Positions 47,877-57,084 of a stretch of 64,000 nucleotides of DNA are shown piece by piece. A program made the translations under genes and the position numbers. Within the stretch, counting starts at the first letter, position 1. Each line of letters begins with the position of its first letter. Under the pieces are notes generated by a model. That model was not told the origin of the DNA. It ran no database searches and worked only from the letters and a program-made list of their open reading frames with translations. Location: contig NZ_CP051167.1 of the NCBI RefSeq assembly GCF_012295525.1, positions 5,877,299-5,941,298 of the forward strand, given 5' to 3'. The DNA comes from Oxynema aestuarii AP17 (GTDB lineage Bacteria; Cyanobacteriota; Cyanobacteriia; Cyanobacteriales; Laspinemataceae).

Positions 47877-48308
47877 TGATTCTTCGATCTTTTTAAGTCA
47901 TAAGCTGCTTCTCTTTTAAAATGCACAGGTGTAAGGAAGCGATCGTGTTTCCTGCAACATCGGAACAACTATAGCAATCCTAAATGATTTGTAACCTATG
48001 TAGGGAGCAAGATGCTCCCACTCCCAGGGGTTTCAGGTGGATCGCCCTGACTCGACTGATTTAGGAATGCTATAGATGATAGTTTTAGGAACATTATTGA
48101 CTTAAATCATGTACAGTGATTCTCGCAAAGATGCGATAATTTGAGGGGAGGGAAGCTCGCACTCCTAGATCCATGGCGATCTATCTACCTCATACATCCG
48201 AGAAACACTATATTTTAAATGTTTAATAGCTTAAAAACCTCGGCAGGAGTTTATCGAGTTTGCTCCTGCCTACATCTGTTTTATCGATCGCCCTAACTTC
48301 TAAATCCT

Positions 48309-48575
48309 TCAAACTTCCGGACGAGAAGCGGCGAGTTCGGCTTTGGCTTCGGAAACCAGTTCTTTACTGCCTTCATAAGCGACAATACCGCCTTTAACTG
48401 CCGTTTTGGCGATCGCCTTACCTGCTTTTTTGACGGCGGGAATGGCGATCGGAGCGACGACGAGGGCGCCGAGTGTTCCTAATAAAATCCATCCCATCCC
48501 CGGCACCGGACAGCGAAGCCCAAACGGACAAGTTCTCGCTAATTCTTCGCCGAATTCATATTCCCATTTCATCAT
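48309..48575 (-). CDS. Small membrane protein, 88 aa, immediately upstream of and co-oriented with the P-type ATPase
   Basis: ORF with a TM segment WILLGTLGALVVAPIAIPAV and a CPFGLRCPVPGMGW motif; a terminator-like hairpin plus T-run lies downstream on the minus strand (~48240-48275). Confidence 0.4.
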   Translation of the reverse strand: MMKWEYEFGEELARTCPFGLRCPVPGMGWILLGTLGALVVAPIAIPAVKKAGKAIAKTAVKGGIVAYEGSKELVSEAKAELAASRPEV

Positions 48576-48609
48576 GTCTTTATCCTCAAATTAGTCCTCT
48601 TTTTACGGC

Positions 48610-50886
48610 TTAATTATCCCTACCTTTAAGTAAGGGGCGCAGTCCGTTGACCCCAGCCGCGATCGCCGATCCGTTATGGACCACCGCCGCCGCTAACGGA
48701 TGAAGTCCTACGGTCGTTGCTAACAATAAAGCCGCCACATTTGGAATCACCGAAAGTCGGGTATTTTCACCGATCAATTGCTGGGTTTGTTGGGCTAGGG
48801 CGATCGCCTTGACCAGACTCTCTAAATTGTTTTCCATCAACACCACGTCCGCCGTTTCCCGGGCCACTTCGGATCCTTCGCCAAAGGACACGGAAACATC
48901 CGCATAAGCCAACGCTGCCGAGTCATTAATCCCGTCGCCGACAAACGCCACCGTTTTTCCCGATTCGTGCAGTTCGCGAACCACCGCAGCTTTTTGTTCC
49001 GGGAAGGCGTCGGCGTGAATGTTCTCCGTGGCGATCCCCAATTGTGAGGCAACGGTAACGGCCCGTTGGCGGCAATCTCCGGTGAGAATGTGAATGTCGA
49101 TCCCTTGCGCCTGCAAGGCTTGAATCGTCCCTTTCGTTTCGGGACGTAAGGGGTCGGTATATTCGATCGCCCCGAGTAATTCACCATTGCTGGCGACGTA
49201 AATCGCCGCCGATCCGCGCAAGTCGGGATACACTTCATAGATCCGTTCTAGGTCGATCTGTTCCTTCGCCATGAAGCGATCGCAGCCGACGCGAACCTCT
49301 TCTCCCTCAATTATAGCCCGCACGCCGAGACCGACTTGATAATCCCAGCCATCGCGCTCTAACGCCTCTACCCCGCATTCTTGGGCGTAATTGAGCAGTG
49401 CACAGGCGATCGGATGCGTGAGGCGTCGTTCCGCAGTGGCGGCGAAAGCTAACAACCGTCGTGGGTCGGCACCGTGGATCGTTCTCACTCCAGTGACGAC
49501 GACATCTCCCTGAGTGAGCGTCCCGGTCTTGTCAAACACCACGGCATCTACGTGAGCCAGTTGTTCCAAACTGCGCCCGCTTCGGATGAGGATGCCGCGC
49601 CGTGCTGCCGCACTCATCGACGCCAGTACCGTAGTCGGCACGGAAACGCGAATCCCGGTCATAAAATCGAGGGTCAGAATTGCTGCGGCTCTCGCCATGC
49701 TTCCCGTCACGACTAAGACCCCGGTCGAGAACGCGAAGGCGGGCAAAATCGCTTTGTCGGCCAGTTGGGCCGCGTAGTTTTCCATGCGCGTATCGCCGAC
49801 GGGAGCCTCTCGGACGAGGGTGATACTTTGTCCGGCGCGAGTATCCAGACCGGTTTTCTCGGTCAGGATATACAAATGACCTTCGCGTACCAACGTAGAG
49901 GCATAGACCGGATCGCCGACCGATCGCCGCACGGGAACCGACTCGCCTGTGAGTTTTTGCTGGTCGATCGTGGCTTGACCCCGGAGGATCGATCCGTCGA
50001 TCGGGATTTGTTCGCCGGGATAGACGATGACTGTATCCCCGGGACGGACGCGATCGAGGGCGATTTGCACTTTCATCCCGTCCCGTTCTACCCAGACGAC
50101 GCGATCGAGGGAATCGATCAATTCCGAGGCGTGGCGGGTCGTACTGCGGGCGGTGCGATCGCGGATCAGGTCCCCGAGTTTGTGCAGTAACAAGATCGTC
50201 GAAGGGGTGAGCGGATTGCCCTGTAACGTCGTCAGGGTCAGGGCCATCAAGTCGAGACAGTCGATGTTAATCCGCTTATCTTGCCACAAACTTTCGAGGG
50301 CTTTTTGCGCTACGGGCAGACTTCCGACGGCGATCGTCCCGACCACGGCTAGGGTCGGAATCGGCAACCCCATCGGTCCGGCGAGCAAGGCGAGGAGGCT
50401 GGCGACCAGGGGCAATTTCAGTTCGGACCAGGCGCTTTCCGCCTCCCCGTCGCCGTCAGCTCCCGGCGCCGGGACGATCGCCGTCGCCGCCAAGTCGATC
50501 AAGTTGCCCAAATGCTGCTGCATCTCCTCTACGGAAACGCGATCGCCGTGATAGTGGAGGGCGACGGACATCGCCTGGGGTTTCATGCGGACCTCGGTGA
50601 TGTACTCGTCAGCTTCGAGCAACATTTGCAATCGGTAGACGTAATGAGCGTCGCAACCGAGGCGAGGTAACCGCAACCGCAACCGCCCGGGAATACTGTG
50701 AATCACTTGATGGGGAATCCCCGGGCGCGCAGTCCGTGTTGACGGAGTTTGAACGGGGGAAATCGGTGAGTGCAGCGCTTCGCTATTGTCAAGGGCTTGG
50801 TCGATGGATTTGACCAGTGCGAGTGACCCTTTTTGCCTTGCGACTTTTTGTTGAGACTTGAAATGGACTGCGAGGGCTGCTGCCAT
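48610..50886 (-). CDS. P-type ATPase, P1B-like (heavy-metal-type) architecture but without a canonical CPx motif or CxxC metal-binding domain
   Basis: TGES (KLTGESVPV), DKTGTLT, GDGINDSAAL, TGD motifs. TM segments flank the ATP-binding domain. The position aligned to CPC reads SVPTT. The N-terminus has an HMA-like region without Cys pairs (IHSIPGRLRLRLP). Confidence 0.7.
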   Translation of the reverse strand: MAAALAVHFKSQQKVARQKGSLALVKSIDQALDNSEALHSPISPVQTPSTRTARPGIPHQVIHSIPGRLRLRLPRLGCDAHYVYRLQMLLEADEYITEVRMKPQAMSVALHYHGDRVSVEEMQQHLGNLIDLAATAIVPAPGADGDGEAESAWSELKLPLVASLLALLAGPMGLPIPTLAVVGTIAVGSLPVAQKALESLWQDKRINIDCLDLMALTLTTLQGNPLTPSTILLLHKLGDLIRDRTARSTTRHASELIDSLDRVVWVERDGMKVQIALDRVRPGDTVIVYPGEQIPIDGSILRGQATIDQQKLTGESVPVRRSVGDPVYASTLVREGHLYILTEKTGLDTRAGQSITLVREAPVGDTRMENYAAQLADKAILPAFAFSTGVLVVTGSMARAAAILTLDFMTGIRVSVPTTVLASMSAAARRGILIRSGRSLEQLAHVDAVVFDKTGTLTQGDVVVTGVRTIHGADPRRLLAFAATAERRLTHPIACALLNYAQECGVEALERDGWDYQVGLGVRAIIEGEEVRVGCDRFMAKEQIDLERIYEVYPDLRGSAAIYVASNGELLGAIEYTDPLRPETKGTIQALQAQGIDIHILTGDCRQRAVTVASQLGIATENIHADAFPEQKAAVVRELHESGKTVAFVGDGINDSAALAYADVSVSFGEGSEVARETADVVLMENNLESLVKAIALAQQTQQLIGENTRLSVIPNVAALLLATTVGLHPLAAAVVHNGSAIAAGVNGLRPLLKGRDN

Positions 50887-51379
50887 GATTTCCCCCTAAG
50901 ATTTGTCAATTGAACTTAGGTTAACTGAAGGTTAATTTCTTCTGAATTCAGTTTAATTCTCTGGGCCATAGAAAAGCAATTTTGTAATAGTTTGTAAGCT
51001 TTGATTTTTATTAAAAATCATTTTCGTTAACGGGCGATCGTTCTCGTTTGCCTCCCCTTGAAATTTGGGGTCGCGACGGGGGACTTGACGGCACAAAGCT
51101 AGATTTATCGAGGGTTTTCAGCCAAGCTACCCCTAAATTTCAACCCCGGCAAAGGGCGATCGCCTCTGCGGAAAAATTGCCTCGATACAGGGCTGTGATT
51201 TACTTTTTTGCCAAAAAATAGAGAAGGATTGCAAGTAGAAAACTTTGTCAATAACGCCAAGATTACAGAGATTTTCTTAAAAATTCTATAAGTTTGGGGT
51301 TAGGTTCCAGGGATTTTAACCGAAGCGACTACGATTTACTCGACCCCCCAAACCTTGCCAGTTATCCCCAGTTTTCGGC

Positions 51380-52966
51380 TTAGTGTAATTTGGCGATCGC
51401 CGAGCGCTCTACCAGTAATTCCCCGGTTAAAATATCGCGAACTGTCACTAACAACACCCGCATTTCGTCAATTTCAAATTGAACGGCGATGCGATCGAAA
51501 CCAACTTGTCCGGGGGGGTCGAGATGGGCGATACACACATCGGGATCCCGTCCTTGTAGGGAGCGAAATTGAGTCTGTTTTTGCAGCGCCGTGCTGCTCA
51601 TTTGACCTTCGGGGTCGAAAATCACCTCGGCTGCGGTAATTTCGGCGACTTCGCCAATATCCAGGCGAATTTCCCGTTGTCCTTCCACGGCGACTTGCAA
51701 AACCAACGGGCGATCGCCTGCGGTGGGATAGGAGGTTCCTTGTTCAAAAATCGGCCAATAAGAATAACTTTTACTATACGGTTCCCACAGTCGGATCGCG
51801 TAACTGTGGCGCAAATAGTCTTCAATTTTAACGTGGCGTTCGAGGGCTAAAGCACCATGGGCGACCGCTTCAAACGGCTTGTCTATTTTGACTTTCTGCC
51901 GTCCGAAATAAGAAATTATCAACTGAGCGATCGCGGGAATCAAACAACTGCCGCCGACTAATAAAACCCGTTCGATCTCCCGTTTGCTAATCCCTTTACT
52001 CGTGGCGATCGCTAGCACTTCGTCGATCGCCTCGCGCAAGCGATCGAGTAAACCTTTGCGTTCTAAAAGCTCTTCTAACTGCTGGCGGCTCAATTCAATT
52101 TTATAGGCTTGAAAGGTTTCCTCGTCAAACCAACTTTCTCGAACCATTTCTGTTTGAGAAAGCCGAATTTTCAAACGTTCGGCAATTTCGAGTAACTGCA
52201 ACCACCCCATTTCGCCGACTTGCGATCGATTCGATCCGATCTGACGCAAATAATCTTCCACGATCCAGCGATCGATATCTTCTCCGCCGAGATAGGCGTC
52301 GAACTTGGCGATCGCTTGCGCCCGAACCGTGGACGGGTCGCGATCTCGGGCGCCCCATTCCACGGTGCGAACTAAGCTCAAATCCAGAGTTCCGCCGCCG
52401 AAATCGACGACCAGGACGACGGCGCCGGGTGTTTGCAGGGCATATCCCAACGCCGCCGCCGTAGACTCGTCTACCACTTGCACCGATCCGACGCCGAGAA
52501 CTTCCCCCATCCCTCGTATCCATTCTAAATAGCGGTCGAAGGCGCCGACGGGAACGGTAAAAATGGCGCGGGTCGGGTCGATTCCCAGGCGGTGCAGTTC
52601 TTCCCAGATGGCCAGAAAAAACCGTTGGGCGATCGCCTGCGGGGTGTAGGCGATGCCGTCGATTTGGCGCGGCGGCGGCTGGAAGTCGGCCACCAGAGCG
52701 CGTTTGAAGCTACGAAACAGGCGATCGGGGTCGGCGGCGTCCAAGCGGCGCGATCGCACCGCTTGACCGAAGGTGAGTTGTTGGTTCTCGCCGCAAAAAA
52801 CCAGGGAGGGAATCACGGGAATTTCGTGGCGATCGCCGGAGCCGCGATGGAGGACGAAGCTGCGCGAAAGTCCTTCAAATTTAAGGGTTTCTGGGGTTTT
52901 GCGGTCGGGGCTGAGAATGCTGACGACGGTGTTGCTCGTGCCGAAGTCGATCGCGACTGCTGTCAT
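51380..52966 (-). CDS. Noncanonical short Hsp70-family protein (DnaK-like ATPase, about 528 aa)
   Basis: N-terminal AIDFGTSNT (phosphate-1); LVVDFGGGTLD (phosphate-2); ERLK; LVGGSCLIPAI (adenosine motif). The substrate-binding domain is shorter than in DnaK. Confidence 0.8.
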   Translation of the reverse strand: MTAVAIDFGTSNTVVSILSPDRKTPETLKFEGLSRSFVLHRGSGDRHEIPVIPSLVFCGENQQLTFGQAVRSRRLDAADPDRLFRSFKRALVADFQPPPRQIDGIAYTPQAIAQRFFLAIWEELHRLGIDPTRAIFTVPVGAFDRYLEWIRGMGEVLGVGSVQVVDESTAAALGYALQTPGAVVLVVDFGGGTLDLSLVRTVEWGARDRDPSTVRAQAIAKFDAYLGGEDIDRWIVEDYLRQIGSNRSQVGEMGWLQLLEIAERLKIRLSQTEMVRESWFDEETFQAYKIELSRQQLEELLERKGLLDRLREAIDEVLAIATSKGISKREIERVLLVGGSCLIPAIAQLIISYFGRQKVKIDKPFEAVAHGALALERHVKIEDYLRHSYAIRLWEPYSKSYSYWPIFEQGTSYPTAGDRPLVLQVAVEGQREIRLDIGEVAEITAAEVIFDPEGQMSSTALQKQTQFRSLQGRDPDVCIAHLDPPGQVGFDRIAVQFEIDEMRVLLVTVRDILTGELLVERSAIAKLH

Positions 52967-52984
52967 GACAAATGTCTGGATGGT

Positions 52985-53509
52985 TTAGTCGATCCCTGGC
53001 GGTAAGGTCCGGCTGACTTTCGCCGGACACAAGATGCGATCGCCCTGACGGTACCCGATAAAGCGAATGTAAACCAGTTCCCCCGGTTGGATGCTGTCGG
53101 TATCGGCTTGATGCCATTGAGGATTGTAACCGACTCGTTCCCACGGCGTCCCGATCGCCTCGTATCCCCAGTTTTCTAAAACCGTTGCTAGGGGAGTAAA
53201 TAAAGCGATTAAATTTCGCGCCGGAAGGTCGGGTTTTTCCCGGGCGAATTGACACGCACTCGGGTATTGAGTCAGCAAACTTTGCAATTGCTCGAAGGTG
53301 TCTCGATGCACTTGTGCGGTAATCTGCTGTTGCTGGTCGGACAATTGGGCGCGCAAGCGATCGCATTGTCGTCGCAACTGCTCTACTTCGTCGGAGATCG
53401 CCGTTGGGTCGGGGGCGGCTTCGCTTTCTTTTTTTAACGTAGAAATTAGCGCCAAACTGATAACAAACAGAACCCCACCGAAGGCGAACAAATTCGGATC
53501 TTCAACCAC
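52985..53509 (-). CDS. GrpE-like nucleotide-exchange-factor protein
   Basis: Coiled-coil QLRRQCDRLRAQLSDQQQQ; C-terminal LENWGYEAIGTPWERVGYNPQWHQAD…PGELVYIRFIGYRQGDRILCPAKV resembles the GrpE beta-domain. Confidence 0.6.
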   Translation of the reverse strand: MVEDPNLFAFGGVLFVISLALISTLKKESEAAPDPTAISDEVEQLRRQCDRLRAQLSDQQQQITAQVHRDTFEQLQSLLTQYPSACQFAREKPDLPARNLIALFTPLATVLENWGYEAIGTPWERVGYNPQWHQADTDSIQPGELVYIRFIGYRQGDRILCPAKVSRTLPPGID

Positions 53510-53518
53510 GGAAATCCC

Positions 53519-53746
53519 TTATTCCTCCTGTCGGATCGAGGCGGTGCGATCGCCCGTCAAGTTTTCATACCCCTCTTGGCGATCGTGGTAGTATTCTGGC
53601 AATAACTCCCGCGATTTCACCTGACCGAGTGCCGCTTCTAATCCGGCGGTGATTTCCGTACAACGCGTCCCGGACCCCTCGATCGCGGTTTCGATCGTGT
53701 TGCCGTCTTTCCCAATCCGATATTCAATTTTTTGATATTCTGCCAT
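53519..53746 (-). CDS. DUF2997-like small protein
   Basis: MAEYQKIEYRIGKDGNTIETAIEGSGTRCTEITAGLEAALGQV…PEYY matches my recollection of the DUF2997 pattern (EI.FRIGKDG…G..G..C…LE.ALG). The track ORF starts at 53788. Confidence 0.45.
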   Translation of the reverse strand: MAEYQKIEYRIGKDGNTIETAIEGSGTRCTEITAGLEAALGQVKSRELLPEYYHDRQEGYENLTGDRTASIRQEE

Positions 53747-53833
53747 AGAGAGAACTCCAAAACTTTCTGTCCCCTTCGCCCTCGCCAACGAGGGTAGAGG
53801 CTGTCTCTAGTTTACGGAAGTTCTCAGGATTTT

Positions 53834-54193
53834 TCACGCCCAGAAGCCGCCTTCAGGAAAGAAGGGAACCGCTTTCCCCTGTTTTTTCTCCCGCTTGCGG
53901 TTGTGATTTTCCAGTTCGCCGTGGGCGTGAGTTAACAACTCAAAAACTGATTCCCGCGAGTGGTTGAGCTTGAAAAATTTGAGATCTCCCGCTACCGTTA
54001 ACGGGGCGACAAAGGCAATGGAAGCCACTAAACCTCTTTGAATCGGTTTCCAAGTCAACAGTGAAAACATTTTTAAAACGTCCCTAAAATCTAAAGTGCC
54101 AACCGCCTGCAAGGCGTTCGATCGGTGGGCTGCAGCTTTTTTAAATATTGATTGAAGAATTCTTATGATTAATATTAGGTTATCTCTATGCAC
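53834..54193 (-). CDS. Hypothetical small protein; the true start may be the internal MFSLLTWKPI…
   Basis: ORF only; operon position after the DUF2997-like gene. Confidence 0.3.
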   Translation of the reverse strand: MHRDNLILIIRILQSIFKKAAAHRSNALQAVGTLDFRDVLKMFSLLTWKPIQRGLVASIAFVAPLTVAGDLKFFKLNHSRESVFELLTHAHGELENHNRKREKKQGKAVPFFPEGGFWA

Positions 54194-54309
54194 CCTTCAA
54201 GGATGGCACAAAAATATTCACAATCCTTGACATTATTTTATAATATGAGTCGCACTTTTGGATGCAATTCAAGGTATAATAGAGAGTTGGCTCTCTCAGG
54301 AAGAGCGAT

Positions 54310-55104
54310 TTAGGGGGTTGGGTGAGCCTGGCACGGGATTTCCCAAGGGCGAAGCTGGCGGGTGGTTGGGGTATCGGGAATCGGCCACCCCACACAGGTC
54401 GGCTGACGGTAAATTCGTTGCAGGGTATTGAGGTCCCGTGGGGAAATTCCCGGCGGTCGGGAGACTTGCGAGAAATACATCACGTCGGTCTGGCGATCGC
54501 TGTGTCCCCAGATACCCAAAGCGTGACCGAGTTCGTGGCGGGCGGCAGCTTTGAGATAATCCCCGGTTTGAGTGGGACTCAGGAAAATTTCGCAGTGATG
54601 GGTGAGGATTCGCCTCCCGGAGTCGGGGCGATCGCCAATTTGGTAGCGGGTTTGCGCCGATCGCGCCCGCAACAGTTCCCCGGTGGGCGACAGGCGCACG
54701 GGAGGACGGCGCGACCAGATCGTAATATCGGCGCCTTCGGGGTCGCCAACGAGGGTTAAGGGAAAATAGGCGCTCCATTCGGCCACTACTTCGCCAACCC
54801 CCTCGTTCCAGTCGCGCGATCGCGGCAAGTTCGGCGCCAGGGGTTCGATATAAACGGTAACCGGAAAGCGGGACCAAACGAGATAGCCGACATCGAGGGG
54901 GACGACTTCGGAGAAATAGTCACCGCGATCGCTCTCGTCGTACCATCGAGCGAGGGCTGGGGGCAGGGGATGGGGACGGGCGACGATCGCCCCGGACGCC
55001 TCGGAACCGGGAACGCGCAGGGCCGCCGCCGCGATCGCCCAACTCCAACAAACGAGAGCGACCGCCAGGGCGGCGATCGCCGTTTTCTTCCTCAGCCAAC
55101 TCAT
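54310..55104 (-). CDS. Secreted matrixin-like (M10 metzincin) zinc metalloprotease
   Basis: HELGHALGIWGHSD (HExxHxxGxxH) followed by a Met-turn candidate DVMYF; N-terminal signal/TM MSWLRKKTAIAALAVALV. The track ORF extends to 55134. Confidence 0.7.
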   Translation of the reverse strand: MSWLRKKTAIAALAVALVCWSWAIAAAALRVPGSEASGAIVARPHPLPPALARWYDESDRGDYFSEVVPLDVGYLVWSRFPVTVYIEPLAPNLPRSRDWNEGVGEVVAEWSAYFPLTLVGDPEGADITIWSRRPPVRLSPTGELLRARSAQTRYQIGDRPDSGRRILTHHCEIFLSPTQTGDYLKAAARHELGHALGIWGHSDRQTDVMYFSQVSRPPGISPRDLNTLQRIYRQPTCVGWPIPDTPTTRQLRPWEIPCQAHPTP

Positions 55105-55137
55105 TGCACGAAGCCGCGATCGCCGACTTGGCAAAAC

Positions 55138-55368
55138 CTAGCCCAACCATCCGGCGCTTAACACGATCGTTGTTCCCATAAACACGATCGTCAGCCCCCA
55201 GGTAATCCGGTTGAGGCTCGTTTCCGCACTTTTGGCGCTGGTAAACAGTTGGGCTTGTCCGCCAATCCCACCAATACCGTCGCCTTTGGGGCTGTGCAGC
55301 AACACCAAAATAATTAAGGCGATCGCCGAAACCAGCCAAATAATTTCTGTCAGTTGGGTGATGGTCAT
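55138..55368 (-). CDS. secG: Preprotein translocase subunit SecG
   Basis: 76 aa, two TM segments; LLHSPKGDGIGGIGG glycine-rich loop typical of SecG. Confidence 0.75.
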   Translation of the reverse strand: MTITQLTEIIWLVSAIALIILVLLHSPKGDGIGGIGGQAQLFTSAKSAETSLNRITWGLTIVFMGTTIVLSAGWLG

Positions 55369-55485
55369 AATTGCTACTGCTCAACAATGCTCGTTATCGA
55401 TCTCGATCCGCCAGGGATCCAAACAGCCCGAGCCTCCCAAAACTAGGGAGGCATTACGAGTCACTCGCTCGGTTCGCGATCGCGC

Positions 55486-57084
55486 CTACAGCGAAATCTC
55501 GACGGGTTTGCGACTCGGTTGGAACTTAACCCGACTCGAAACAATCATAGAACGTCCGGTCATCTCTGGCGGTTGCGGCAGACCCAAAATCTCCAAGATC
55601 GTCGGGGCAATATCCGCCAGACAGCCGTCCTCGCGCAAGGCGACTTCCGTTCCGTGTCCCGGAATCTTCAAGCCTTCCCCTTCCACCAAGATAAAGGGAA
55701 CGGGATTGGTCGTGTGGGCGGTCCAGGGATTACCTTGTTCGTCTTGCATATATTCGGCATTGCCGTGATCCGCAATAATAATCGCCGTTCCACCCCGACG
55801 GGAGATCCCCGCCAGTAAGCGTCCGATATTGCGATCGACCGTTTCGATCGCCTGAATTGCCGCCTCAATTTGCCCCGTATGACCGACCATATCCGGGTTG
55901 GCGTAGTTGATCGCCACAAAAGAATAGATCCCGCGATCGATCGCGGCGAGGGCGGTGTCCGTCACCGTATCCGCCGACATTTCCGGCTGTCGGTCGTAGG
56001 TCGCCACCATCGGCGAGGGGATTAATTCGCGGTCTTCCCCTTCAAACGGTTCTTCCAGACCGCCATTAAAGAAATAGGTGACGTGAGCGTACTTCTCGGT
56101 TTCTGCGGTACGGAATTGTCGCAAACCGCGATTGGAAATTACCTCGCCGAGAATCTGACTGAGATTTTGTGGCTCGAAGGCGACCAACACCGGGAGTTCG
56201 CTGTCGTATTGGGTGAAGGTGACGAAGTTCAAGGGCTTAATCTGCTCGCGCTCGAACTCGTCAAAGGCCGGATCCACAAAAACTTGAGTGAGCTGTCTGG
56301 CGCGATCGGGTCGGAAGTTGAAGAAAATGACGCCATCCCCCGCTTCTACCGCCCCGGGGGCGATCCGCGTCGGCATCACAAATTCGTCGGTGATCTCTTC
56401 GGCATAAGATTGCTCTAACAACTCGATCGCCGATCGCCCGTCCCCCGGTCCGTCTTGGGTCATGACTCTATACGCTTTTTCGGCTCGATCCCAACGGCGA
56501 TCGCGGTCCATCGCGTAGTAACGACCGCTCACCGTGACGATTTTACCCACGCCAATACGCGCGATCGCCTCCTCGATTTGCCCGACCGTCTCTATCCCTG
56601 ACGTCGGCGAGGTATCTCGACCGTCCGTAATCGCGTGAATGCAAACGTCTGAAATCTGCTGTGCTTTTGCTAAATCCAGCAATCCGATTAAGTGGCTGAT
56701 ATGGGAATGAACCCCGCCTTCGGAACACAGACCGATTAAATGGAGTTTTCCTCCGCTTGCTTTGACCTCATGACAGACTTTCACGAGAGCGGGATTACTC
56801 AGCAAGGAACCATCTTCGACGGCATCCGTAATCCGCATCAACTCTTGTTTGACAATCCGTCCGGCCCCGATGTTCATGTGGCCGACTTCCGAATTGCCCA
56901 TTTGACCTTCTGGCAGCCCGACAGCTTTCCCCGAGGTTTTGATTAGGGTACTCGGGTAGGTCTCCCAAAGGCTGTCCATCACGGGTGTATTGGCAGCAGC
57001 AATGGCATTTCCTTCAGTTGAGTCACTGTAGCCCCAACCGTCTAAAATGACTAGCACCACCGGAGATATAGGTGCTTGCGCCAT
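55486..57084 (-). CDS. gpmI: 2,3-bisphosphoglycerate-independent phosphoglycerate mutase
   Basis: 532 aa; VLVILDGWG, SEVGHMNIGAGR (catalytic Ser), ADHGN. Confidence 0.9.
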   Translation of the reverse strand: MAQAPISPVVLVILDGWGYSDSTEGNAIAAANTPVMDSLWETYPSTLIKTSGKAVGLPEGQMGNSEVGHMNIGAGRIVKQELMRITDAVEDGSLLSNPALVKVCHEVKASGGKLHLIGLCSEGGVHSHISHLIGLLDLAKAQQISDVCIHAITDGRDTSPTSGIETVGQIEEAIARIGVGKIVTVSGRYYAMDRDRRWDRAEKAYRVMTQDGPGDGRSAIELLEQSYAEEITDEFVMPTRIAPGAVEAGDGVIFFNFRPDRARQLTQVFVDPAFDEFEREQIKPLNFVTFTQYDSELPVLVAFEPQNLSQILGEVISNRGLRQFRTAETEKYAHVTYFFNGGLEEPFEGEDRELIPSPMVATYDRQPEMSADTVTDTALAAIDRGIYSFVAINYANPDMVGHTGQIEAAIQAIETVDRNIGRLLAGISRRGGTAIIIADHGNAEYMQDEQGNPWTAHTTNPVPFILVEGEGLKIPGHGTEVALREDGCLADIAPTILEILGLPQPPEMTGRSMIVSSRVKFQPSRKPVEISL

